Shown: in pieces, positions 23,243-34,406 of the stretch
How positions within the stretch are numbered: position 1 is the stretch's first letter
Layout: every line of letters begins with the position of its first letter
Assembly: GCA_977862235.1 (NCBI GenBank)
Contig: OZ374557.1
Span: 1,922,001-1,986,000, forward strand
DNA from: Dudresnaya verticillata
Lineage: Eukaryota
Reading direction: 5' to 3'
DNA length: 64,000 nucleotides
Made by a program: the position numbers and the translations under genes
The notes under the pieces: model-generated
Seen by the model: only the letters and a program-made list of their open reading frames with translations
What the model was told of the DNA's origin: nothing
Databases searched by the model: none

Positions 23243-24144
23243 TATGGTGCAAACGTCAGTGACGATGGACCGACGAGCAGTTCGGGGCTCGGTGGGTAGC
23301 TGCGCCCTTGGCGGTGTGTGGTCCCGCCGTGGGCGACTTGTTGGTAGAGCAAAGGGGCACGCCTTGGGCGGACTGTAAACGCCCGAGGCGGAAAGGAAGG
23401 GAAAAGGAAGAGAAAGGGAACACGTCAAGGACGATGGTAGACGTGGAAGCACGGGAGGTAGACGCTTGAGGCGTAGGCAGCGGTAGAATGCGCGCGTGCG
23501 GAACGGGGAGGTCTGGACCAAGGCCGGCTTGCCCGGGCGTTTACTGTTACGTCTGGGACGGCTTACCTAAGTATAGTACGGCGGTGCGGCGGCGGCGGTG
23601 CGTGCGCGTAGCGCGGGAACTCGGGACACGTGTCTTCCCGAGGCGCGTCTGACAGATCACGCGTTGCATGCAGCCGCGCGCCTGACAGATTACCGTACGA
23701 CCCCCTGTGTGGGTGCTTACACGTACACGTGGACGCGTGTGTCTTACAGCCGTGCGTGCGCGCGCACTGTAGAGCGTGCGCCTTAGATCTAATCCGATAC
23801 TTGTCCGATCCCGATCCTATCCGGATCGGGCCCGCAATGCGAGCACCCGCAGCCTTACAGGCGCGTATCTTACAGCTTAGGCGATCCAGATAGCCAATCT
23901 AGATGCCGGATCCGGATCGCATCCGGATCCGTGTTACAGTGCCCCGGGGCGCCATGTCGGCCCATCACCGTACAGTGCCCGCGTGGCGCGCAGCGCGCAG
24001 TGCGCGCGCGCGCCCCAGTAAGCCGTCGATGACGTGTTCGCGCGCCAACGGCGGTGGTGAACGCCGGTGGCGGTTTCTCCGTCGGTCGACGTATATGGTC
24101 TGCCCGCTTTCAGCGAAAAAGAACTCGCCTCCCCTTGCACCACA
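23243..24144 (-). repeat. Solo LTR of family C (902 bp), inverted, TSD CAATG
   Basis: Reverse complement of 24901-25801. CAATG at 23238-23242 and 24145-24149. Confidence 0.95.
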
Positions 24145-24900
24145 CAATGCGATGAGCTACAAACCCCTCCGTCCGACGAGGCCATCGAATTCGAGCTGGA
24201 GAAGAGCGGCGACCCGGCCGAGAGCTCCTTTCAGCCATCTCCAACTCCAGATGCTTTACCGTCACAACCTGGGCGGTCTGAAGATGCGGAAGAATTGCTG
24301 AACCAGCCCGGCCCTGGGCAAGGTGAGGAGACCCCCAATCTAACTGGCGACGCAGCGACTCCTGACTTTTCTATTTCTGAATTTGCTCGTTTGATGGTGG
24401 CTATTAGGGAAGACGCAGTGGCTCGGCGAGCATTGTTTTGACTTTCGCAGGAGCTGAGCCGGTTGCAGTTGGATGCAGGCGTCTCGCGGGACGACTTCTG
24501 GGCAACAATAGCAGGTCGTTTCAACGACTCCTCTTTGCGCCCGCGCTTTTCGTTTTCAGGTTCTGTGGACGAAGCAGATCCGTCTATTTTGCCCCTCGCA
24601 GAGCGCAGCGCTGGGATCTTGAAGTCCTATTTTCAACCGGCGAGATCTAAATTCATTTTGTTTAAGGAAAGGTGGGCAGTATCAGGGAACAACGACCCGG
24701 CAACGTTCCCAAACTTTCTAGTAAGGACTGGGCAAAGGCTCACAACGATGTCAAAAAGGGTATGGATTGTTTTCGTTGTCGCGCGCGTAGGGACTGCAAA
24801 CGAAGACGGGGAATTTCTACAGAGCACATCTAAGGCTATGGCCCCAGGAGTGGGCTATGAAGAAGGTGTGGAGATGCGAACAAGTGACGAGGACCGTCAC

Positions 24901-25801
24901 TGTGGTGCAAGGGGAGGCGAGCCCTTTTTCGCTGAAAGCGGGCAGACCATATACGCCGACCGACGGAGAAACCGCCACCGGCGCTCACCACTGCCGTTGG
25001 CGCGCAAACACGTCATCGACGGCTACTGGGGCGCGCGCGCGCACTGCGCGCCGCGCGCCACGCGGGCACTGTACGGTGATGCGCCGACATGGCGCCCCGG
25101 GGCACTGCAACACGGATCCGGATGCGATCCGGATCCGGCATCTAGATTGGCTATCTGGATCGCCTAAGCTGTAAGATACGCACCTGTAAGGCTGCGGGTG
25201 CTCGCATTGCTGGCCCGATCCGGATAGGATCGGGATCGGACAAGTACCGGATTAGATCCAAGGCGCACGCTCTACAGTGCGCGCGCACGCACGGCTGTAA
25301 GACACACGCGTCCACGTGTACGTGTAAGCACCCACACAGGGGGTCGTACGGTAATCTGTCAGGCGCGCGGCTGCATGCAACGCGTGATCTGTCAGACGCG
25401 CCTCGGGAAGACACGTGTCCCGAGTTCCCGCGCTACGCGCACGCACCGCCGCCGCCGCACCGCCGTACTATACTTAGGTAAGCCGTCCCAGACGTAACAG
25501 TAAACGCCCGGGCAAGCCGGCCTTGGTCCAGACCTCCCCGTTCCGCACGCGCGCATTCTACCGCTGCCTACGCCTCAAGCGTCTACCTCCCGTGCTTCCA
25601 CGTCTACCATCGTCCTTGACGTGTTCCCTTTCTCTTCCTTTTCCCTTCCTTTCCGCCTCGGGCGTTTACAGTCCGCCCAAGGCGTGCCCCTTTGCTCTAC
25701 CAACAAGTCGCCCACGGCGGGACCACACGTCGCCAAGGGCGCAGCTACCCACCGAGCCCCGAACTGCTCGGCGGTCCATCGTCACCGACGTTTGCACCAC
25801 A
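24901..25801 (+). repeat. 5' LTR of element C
   Basis: Ends TGTGGTGCAA...TTGCACCACA. Near-identical to 37218-38112. Confidence 0.96.
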
Positions 25802-25803
25802 TC

Positions 25804-25821
25804 TGGTCTCCCGACCTGGAA
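25804..25821 (+). promoter_or_regulatory. PBS of element C (TGGTCTCCCGACCTGGAA)
   Basis: 2 nt after the LTR. Its complement reads as a tRNA T-stem and acceptor 3' end: TT CCAGG TCGGGAG A CCA. Confidence 0.92.
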
Positions 25822-26023
25822 TTGTGCTACGTTTCAACGAGTTACTCCGTCGTGCGACGTCCGACTCTCCGTCTTCAGACGTTTGTCGCTAATCGTCCAC
25901 GACGTTCAAGCAACTGTACGATTGTATCATGGCCTCACGACCGCCGCCGTCGCGAGGCCCAAGTTCAAGAAGACCGTCTTCGACGCCTGGGAGTGTACCC
26001 GCGCAGAGACGTCGCTACAGCGG

Positions 26024-28489
26024 ATGACAACGAGGTCTGGGCGCCTCGTGAGCGCCGAGATCGCATCGGCGTTCCCGACGCTACCCCCAGGACATGGCCA
26101 CGCAGGCTCCCACGCGTCGCTCAACGGAGGAGAGTTACCTCCCCCGCCGACGCGCAACCCCGTCGTCGTCCGCACCTCCGTCCCCGAGGGATCGGCCCTC
26201 CGCACCTACCGCTCCTACGTTGACTCGGCTGATACAGTACAAGCCGAGCAACAGGACGTCGTAGACGGAACACAAGCCGACATCGTCGCGGGACAACCGG
26301 AACTTCCGGATCAACCAACCATCCCCGTCAACGACGATCAAGCGCACTCCGCGGAGCGCAACGTCGCTGACGAACCAATGACACATGGGGCATGTCGCCC
26401 CACTCCCCACGGCAGTGCCGGTTGTTCGCCGGCTAAGCCGAATTCGCCAAGTCAAAGGGCGCAAGGGACGCCAGACCGGTCAAACCGCGAAAGCCAACCG
26501 CCAACGGCGTCACCCTCGGCCGTCCGCGTGAGTAACTTAACGATACCACGCGAACGGATTCGAGAGCTGTGCGTCTTGGAGGACGATGCGATGCTCGCTA
26601 AATTCGCCGGGTTGCTGGACGACAGTGTCGGAGGAATCGCAAGTCGTCTACAGACGTTGGAAGAGGATCGGAACGGCGCCCTACAGGGGCTTCGATCTGA
26701 CCTCGACCGTCTATTGACGAACCAAAACGCGCAAGGCGAGGGTACACAACCACCGCCGGCAGTAACGGTTCATTCGCATTCTGAGCTTAGCTCGCGCGAA
26801 CGCTTTCAGCGACTTGCGACTCGCTTAGAGCGTCTCGAAACCGCCAAGTGGCGCAATGGTCCACCGTCGGGTGACGAGAGCTCATGCGAAGATCGTCACA
26901 GACGTAAGGATCGGAAGAGACGCCGTCGTAAGCTGCGTCAGAGACGGAAGAAGAATCGTCATCGACGTGGGGACTCATCCTCGTCCTCTTCGGACTCGTC
27001 AAGTGACGAAGAGTCATCAGACTCTTCGTCTGAGGACGACGACTTCCCAACTACCGGCAGTGCCACAAGACCTCGCGGAAAGCGGTTCAAGGGGTTGAAG
27101 GAGCTACGCCCCTCCAACCCCCTTTTCGATCAGTTATTATCGTACCGGACGTACCGTCTCAAAGACGTAGGGCGAAAACGCTCAGGGCGCGATACGGGTA
27201 AGGTCAAGGACCATATTAAGCGCTTGGAGCTCACCATGAAGGACGCCGCCTTCAACAGCAGCGACCCCGTCATGGTCCTCGAGTTCCTGACGCGTTGCGC
27301 GGATGAAGCCAATACGCTGGAGATGAGCGAAGCCCAAGCGTTCGTTGCACTGCCGTACTTCTTGCGAGGTACGGCAGCCACGCAATTCCGCTCCGTCAAG
27401 TCGACGTCTTCTCGCCATCGTGGCGGGGTGTCCTCGTATCCAGAGGCGGCACAGTACCTCCTCCGTACGTATGCTACGCCAGCGGCGATCAGGGACGCTG
27501 TCCTCGCCCTACGGTCGACGGCCCAGAAGAAAGGCGAGGACGAGACGACCTATGGGATGCGGCTAGCCGGTGCATGTATTCGTTGCGGTAACGTATATCC
27601 CGACTGGGAAAAGATGACGCTGTACATCGACGGGTTAGACCCGTCGATCAGGTCCCTGGTCGCTCGCTTCCGAGAAGAAACGCCAAGGGCGGAGTTGTCA
27701 TTTGAGCGGCTGGTCCACTTCGCACAGGACGAAGGGGATGCCAACCGCGCACGACACGGCAGGGCCGGTTCCGCGTCAGCACGACGTGACCTACTGACAC
27801 CGGCTCAAGCCGTACGCACATCGCGACCCGCCATCGGCGATGCCCGAGGGGTACTGCGTCCACAGACGAGAGGCGCCAAGCCTGGAGCGCGCGCTATGAT
27901 AGCGGAGTCCTCCGTCGAGTTCCGAGACGTTAGCCGCCCTGTCGATGACATGGAAACACACGCCGAAGGCGATCTGTACTTGGCAGACGAGCAAGCGTCG
28001 GTGCCAACCTCGGCTCTACCGACGGACAGCTACGTCGACGACGAAGAAGAAGGGGATACGGACCCTGCTCTCGCCTTTGGGCGCTCGGTCGTACCCGCGC
28101 CACGCGTCCCCTATTCCGAGTATGCTTCTCACGTCCACCGAGCAAGGCCCGGATGGCAGGACAGAGGCCCGCCCCGTCAAGACGCGCGTCGGCAGCTGGT
28201 ATGCCACCAATGCTACGCCCGCGGACACATCGCGCCGGACTGCTTCCTCCGCATGAGCGACTTCATGAAGGTTATCACCAACTATGAAGGACTAACCGAG
28301 GCCGAGAAGGCTGGTGTCCCCGCTGATGCGTATGTACGTTGCAAGGAACGCGCGACCCGCGACGCTGCTCGCCGTGCTGCACGACGACAATCGCCACGAG
28401 GCGGACCCATGCCGCACGCGGCAGAACGTCACCCGACGATGATCAACCGCTATGTAGCGCCACAACCACCGCCGCAGGCGAAAAACTAA
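26024..28489 (+). CDS. gag: gag of element C (open frame; likely start MTTRSGR)
   Basis: Capsid-like FNSSDPVMVLEFL...YLLRTYA and knuckle CHQCYARGHIAPDC. The ORF-track start at 25523 lies inside the LTR. Confidence 0.88.
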   Translation: MTTRSGRLVSAEIASAFPTLPPGHGHAGSHASLNGGELPPPPTRNPVVVRTSVPEGSALRTYRSYVDSADTVQAEQQDVVDGTQADIVAGQPELPDQPTIPVNDDQAHSAERNVADEPMTHGACRPTPHGSAGCSPAKPNSPSQRAQGTPDRSNRESQPPTASPSAVRVSNLTIPRERIRELCVLEDDAMLAKFAGLLDDSVGGIASRLQTLEEDRNGALQGLRSDLDRLLTNQNAQGEGTQPPPAVTVHSHSELSSRERFQRLATRLERLETAKWRNGPPSGDESSCEDRHRRKDRKRRRRKLRQRRKKNRHRRGDSSSSSSDSSSDEESSDSSSEDDDFPTTGSATRPRGKRFKGLKELRPSNPLFDQLLSYRTYRLKDVGRKRSGRDTGKVKDHIKRLELTMKDAAFNSSDPVMVLEFLTRCADEANTLEMSEAQAFVALPYFLRGTAATQFRSVKSTSSRHRGGVSSYPEAAQYLLRTYATPAAIRDAVLALRSTAQKKGEDETTYGMRLAGACIRCGNVYPDWEKMTLYIDGLDPSIRSLVARFREETPRAELSFERLVHFAQDEGDANRARHGRAGSASARRDLLTPAQAVRTSRPAIGDARGVLRPQTRGAKPGARAMIAESSVEFRDVSRPVDDMETHAEGDLYLADEQASVPTSALPTDSYVDDEEEGDTDPALAFGRSVVPAPRVPYSEYASHVHRARPGWQDRGPPRQDARRQLVCHQCYARGHIAPDCFLRMSDFMKVITNYEGLTEAEKAGVPADAYVRCKERATRDAARRAARRQSPRGGPMPHAAERHPTMINRYVAPQPPPQAKN

Positions 28490-31400
28490 CTCGGGCACCA
28501 AATCCTGGCACTGGGGTGTCGCACCGCGAAGAGAGGCCTAGCCCTCGGGTGCTGACAGGGAAGGAGGGCCCGAAGTTAGTTACTGATGACGCCAACGGGC
28601 GGGTAGAGTCCTCGCAGATGTCATTAAAACGCCCATGGCGAAGGTACCAGCCCCCCCAGGCGCGAGGGCAGTTGTTCGTAATGACCAAGAGGAACTATAA
28701 GGTGTACGCCGATTTGGGCGCAACCGTTAGTACCTTGGCCCGTAAACGCACTGTCCTCGACACGGGGGCTGGTCCGAATTTCATTCGCATCGACGACATT
28801 CCGCTGGAAGCGCGATCGCGCATCGTGGTAAAGAGCCTCCCCGTCATAGCCGACGCCAACAATAAGGCGATCCAGACAAGAGGCACCAACGACCTGGTCG
28901 TTCGCCTAGGACGGAGAGTCGTCAAGTTGGAACTGATCGTTTTGCGAACGACTCGCTGCGCCGGTTATACTCGGCTGCGACTTTTGCGACCGCTTCGTCG
29001 AAGCAATATATCCGCGGAGTCGCGAGGTTGAATTGGATGACGGGACTCGTTTCCCTATAACGCGCCGCCCGCTGCGCCGACCCCCGTCGTACCCTCCGTT
29101 ACCAACGGAACAGGAATACGGCAAGGCCGAAGGGAGGACGTCACCCAAGATCCGAGTCGCCGAGCGCGCGATCATCCCGCCTAAGGCGCAGCAATGGGTA
29201 TCGGTGACCACCGAGCGCACCGGCATCATCACAATTCAACCGTTCGGAACGCTGTACGACAAACAAGGTCTGGCCGTTACGAACGGGATTGCTCAAGTGG
29301 AGCCGCTAAAAGCGTTTCGAATTCTGGTTGCCAACTTCTCTCCCCGCCCGCAGGCGCTGGCCAAGGGCCAAGTCGTCGCGACGGCGTTACCACATCCGAC
29401 AGCAGTGTTCCCCAGTCACGTAAGTCTAGCTGATGTTTTGGGCCTCACAGAGAAACAGGCCGAGGAAGAGAAGGCGAACCAAGATTTCCGTTTTGAAGCG
29501 AATGATAACACAGCGGCACAGCCGGATACTTTCACGAAGTCTATCGAGGGAACCACTGCCAAACCTCCGTCAGTAGACGATTTAGACCTGGGACATCTCC
29601 CCGCCGAGCATCAAGGCCGGCTCAAGGAGATGTTGCGCAAGTATTCATCTATGTGGGACGGGTCGTTGGGAGAAATCTCAACCACGGAGCACTACATCGA
29701 CTTGCTTCCCGGCTCTAGACCGATACCTTCCCCGCCCTACCAGCGGGGCCGAAGCAGAGACAACTCGCTCAAGCGGAAGTGGACCGCATGCTGCGTCAAG
29801 GGGTTATCGAACCGGCACAATCGCCGTGGGCGTCACCAGTGGTCTTCGCCCCCAAGAAGGACGGGACCCTCCGCTTCTGCGTAGACTACCGTCGTTTAAA
29901 CGCAGTAACCGTACGGGACACGTACCGGCTGCCGCGTATCGACGAATTCATTGGCAGTCTAGGAGAAGCAAACGTCTTCACCACCCTAGACTGTAACAGT
30001 GGGTACTGGCAGGTGCCGATCAATCCGCGAGACCGCGATAAGACTGCGTTCACGTGCCACGCCGGGCTGTTCCGCTATAAGCGTATGCCATTCGGTCTCA
30101 CGAACGCGCCCACTACGTTTCAAAGAACGTTGGACATACTACGCGCTGGTTACAAGTGGCGTTCGTGCCTCGTCTACCTCGATGACGTAATAATCTTCTC
30201 CAGCGACATCGACAGTCACTTCCGTCATGTTGACGAGATCCTTTCGACATTGAACCGTGCCGGGGTGACTCTGAAATTGACCAAGTGTGACTTCTTCACC
30301 CCGACCGTCAACTACTTAGGACACGTCATACGTCCAGGACGGTTAGAAGTTGACCGAACTGTCACTGCCGCGCTACGCGAAGCCAAGCATCCACGGGATC
30401 AGAAGGAGCTACGGAGTTTCCTCGGTCTTTTTAACGTCTACAGACGGTTCGTCTCGCGATACGCGCATGTCGCTGCCCCCCTCAACAAGTTGCTGAGGAA
30501 GGAATAGGACTTCCGGTTACAACCGTTTGATGAGACACAAGCCAAAGCGTTCAGTACGCTCGTCGAGGCCGTGACTCATCCGCCTATACTGGCGCTACCA
30601 CAGCAGGGTCTCCCCTATTCCTTCGACTGTGACGCAAGCGAGTATCAGGTCGGCTGCGCTCTCTTTCAAACGCAGTCCGACGGGGAACGTAAGCCACTCG
30701 GCTTCTGGTCCCGCTCGCTCACCGCTCCAGAGAGTAACTACTCTGTCTCCGAAAAGGAGTGCCTCGCAGTAGTATGATCCGTCATGACGCTGCGACCTTA
30801 CCTCCAGATGGAGTCGTTCACAGTCCATACGTACCATTCGTCATTGAGGTGGCTGATGGAAATCAGCGACCCCTCTGGACGGTTGATGCGGTGGCGCCTT
30901 CGCCTTTCCGAGTTCGACTTTGTCGTGAAGTACAAAAAGGGGTACCTGAATACTCAGGCAGATGCCCTTTCGCGTCTACAGACGAAGGGAGAAACCGTCG
31001 AACCCATTGACGATGATATACCATGCTATCACGGAAGCTACGTCGAAGACGGCCATCAAACGTCGCAAGACGATCTGTCAGACGCCGAAGGCGAGGTCGA
31101 CTTCGCCGAACGAGAGTTCGAAGAGTTCGACCAAGTGTTGATCAACAACACGCCACCGGCGGACGAGGTACTCCTTCGTCAAGTGACGCATGAAGAGTTG
31201 GTACACGCCCAAGGCGATGACAAATACTGTAGCGATGTCAGGAAACGTCTGGATGACGGGATCATCTTACCGTTCGCAACGGATTAACAGCGCCTGTTGG
31301 TCCGAACAGTGGAAGTCCGTCCGCAAGTGGTCGTACCATCCGCGTTACGCGCTCGCGTACTCCACCTCCGGCACCACGCCAAGTTGGCAGGACACCCAGG

Positions 31401-33218
31401 GGGCGTAAGTTGTATCATACGCTTCGACAGGAATACTATTGGCCATCGATGCCAGTGGACTGCTATGCGACCGTCCGCAACTGCGTAACCTGCGCTAAGA
31501 ATCGCGTATTGCTGCGAAAGAACGCCAAGAAATTGAAGTTATTTCCGGCAACCGAGCCTCTCGAGTTCGTATCGATCGACATCCTGGGCGAACGCATACG
31601 CACGAAGCGAGGAAATAAGTTCCTACTCGTCATTGTGGACCGCTTCTCGAAGCTGGTCCGGACGGTCCCACTGCGTAGTATTACGGCATTGGAAATCGCT
31701 AAGGCGTTTGTACGACATTGGGTCTTCGTGTACGGTCCTTCCAAGAAACTGTTGTCCGACAACGGACCACAGTTTGTGGCTAAGCTGTTTCAGGATATCT
31801 GCCGTCTTTTAGGAGTGGAGAATCTCTTCACCACGACGTACCATCCAAAATGCAATGGCCAGGTAGAACGATTTAATCGAACTGTCCTGGCCTCGCTGCG
31901 TCACTACGTTGCGGATCATCCGAGAGACTGGGACCTGTTCACGGATGCCTTGACGTTCGCATACAACACACAGTTGCATTCGTCTACGCATCTCGCTCCG
32001 TTTGAACTGGTGCTATCTAAGCCACCACGGCCATTGTCGCTCGAGGCGGAACCGTCGCTCGAAAGCGTACCCACCGCGGGACAATACTACACCAAGTGGC
32101 GAACCTGGCTGGCCGCACTGATGGGAACCGCTAAGGCGTCGTTAGAGAAAACTGAAGCACGTTACAAACGAAACTTCGATACCCGATTAAGGAAATCGAA
32201 GGAAGCAATCGCCATAGGCGAATTCGTATTCGTACGTAAGGAACACTTCGCCCGAGGCGGGAGCACGGATCGCGCAGAGCGTAAGCATAAGCTGGCGCCA
32301 GTGGCGGACGGACCATACCGGGTAACCCATGTTGATAACGAGACGGTAACCGTCGACAAGGGACGTGACGAGCGGGAACGTTTGTCCCGAGACCGCGTGG
32401 TCTGGGCACCGACCCCACCGGGTCAGGTAGCCCCTCCAATCGTCGTACCACCAGGCCCGCCTGAGGGGCAGGAAGCAGTCGCCCCCACGTCACAAGACGA
32501 AGGGATGACTACCCCAAGCACGCCACCAGCGGACCCGGAGGGGAACGAAGAGACTTCGCATACTGCGGGAGATCCGCAAGAGCGCACAATCACCGCGTCA
32601 CGCAGTCGTAGGTTGGCAGAGCTTTCGCCCTTCGCCGCCGATCCCGACGACCGCGCTTCGCAATCCGTCTCCAACGACGACAGTACCCCAGGGGTCCGAA
32701 CCCGTTTGGAACACGTCGCTACGGCACCGCCGAATGAGAACAATGACTCCGCTGAAATTGCGTCCAATAACGAAGACGTTAACCGTGCAAGCACGAAGCA
32801 AGGCGCTGCAAGCAATGACCTCGTCTCAAAACTCGTCTCAAGACGCAACAACCCACTGACCGCTGATCGAGCGTCCGAGGCCCAAGGCCAACGCCTTCGG
32901 CGATCAACTCGTCGAGTACGTTTCGCCGAACCGGAACAGACGCCCATCACGCAACGAGACAAACCGCCAAAGGCGCTGGACAGGCCCACGTCCAAACCGA
33001 ACGCTGTGAGCGGGAAAGAATACGTGATTGAACGCATCGAGTCGCACGCGTACGCGGATAATGGGGAGATCCTCTACCGCGTCAAGTGGTTTGGATACCC
33101 CGCTTCAGCGAACACCTGGGAGCCAGTCTCCAGTTTGCCTCGATCCCACGTCACACGATACCACCGTCGAAAACGAACGCAGCTGCCGCCAAACGTCAAC
33201 GACGCGCAGCGCGGCTAA
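28480..33218 (+). pseudogene. pol: pol of element C: PR, RT, RNase H, integrase, chromodomain (stops and frameshifts)
   Basis: VLDTGAGPNF; YLDD; stops at 30505, 30775 and 31285; integrase in 31410-33218 ending in EYVIERIESH...YRVKWFGYPASANTWEP. Confidence 0.95.
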
Positions 33219-34406
33219 CCCTAATCCGCAAACACCGCTGGAAGCGAATGGACGCGTGCACGTGTGCACGCCAGGGACGAACGCGGACGCAAGTCGTTGC
33301 GTCATAGACAGCCTCGCGCACGCCACCTCGCAGCAGCCCCCATACGGAACCTCTGGATGGGTGCGCTGTTCACAGTGGATCCAGATCGCAAATGGAGATC
33401 CCCCGCCGGCGCCCCTCGGGTAATAGGCGGCAGTAATTGGTCAAATTCTAATTTCCAAACACGGCAGCGCGCACCACCCCGCCGTCAACGCACGACGAAC
33501 GCAATCATACCAAGTGGCTGAGCAGGTGCTACGAGCCCCAGCGACGACAGGCGCAAGTGGCAGCGCACAACCACCGTCTCCGACGTCGAGACGGGCACTC
33601 GCCCCACGGCCAAGTCTCTGGGACCGCCACACCGCCACCTCGCCGGCCACGGTCTCGCGCGCAAGACCCATCGAACGTCTCCGACATAACTCGCCAAGAA
33701 GGGGCGCACCGACAAACCCACCCCCGAAGGGGGGGAAGGTGGTCGAAGACGCAGTTGCTGCGGGTTCCGTGCACGACGCGCCAACAAATCGCCAACGACT
33801 CCGCCGCTGCCTGCGGCCGCCGCGTTGCAGTTGCGCGAGCGCGACCGACAACTCTACCCTACCCCCAAGGAGGAACGTCGAAGACGAAAGGAACGGCAAC
33901 GCCAAGGCGTCAACACCTACCTCACCGCCTTCGCGACTCTCGTCGGGGACGCCGACAAACCACGCCCAAGGCGCAGTGCGACACATGCATTACAAAAACG
34001 CTAAGTAAGCGGAAATACGCCACCGCCGCACGCGAAACACGAAGAGCAACGCTACTACAGCGGACACTACCAGCCAAACACAGCCGAAGCGCAACGCACG
34101 GCCAAGGCTAAATGCATCAAACGCCAACGCTACTGTAGCGGGCAACCAAGAACACGACGCAAAGTCGAAAGTGGATCACAGGTTACACCATAAGGCTAAC
34201 GCGAAACGCGACACACAAAGACGCTGGCAATGGCCGAAGTTTACTGGGCTGAAAAAATGGGGACAACCCCTCGCCGTAGCGATCGACCACTACAGCTACC
34301 TTAATCGTCAAAGACGAAGGGGAATACCCCGCGCATCGGTCCCGCAAGGGAGCCGAAGGGCAACACAAGGGGCAACTCGCGTCCGCTATCCGTTTCTGAA
34401 ACGACA

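Noticed and set aside
25523..26023. N-terminal extension of the 988-aa gag ORF
   Set aside because: It starts at a TTG inside the LTR and crosses the PBS. The same frame appears in all three LTR copies and is probably incidental.
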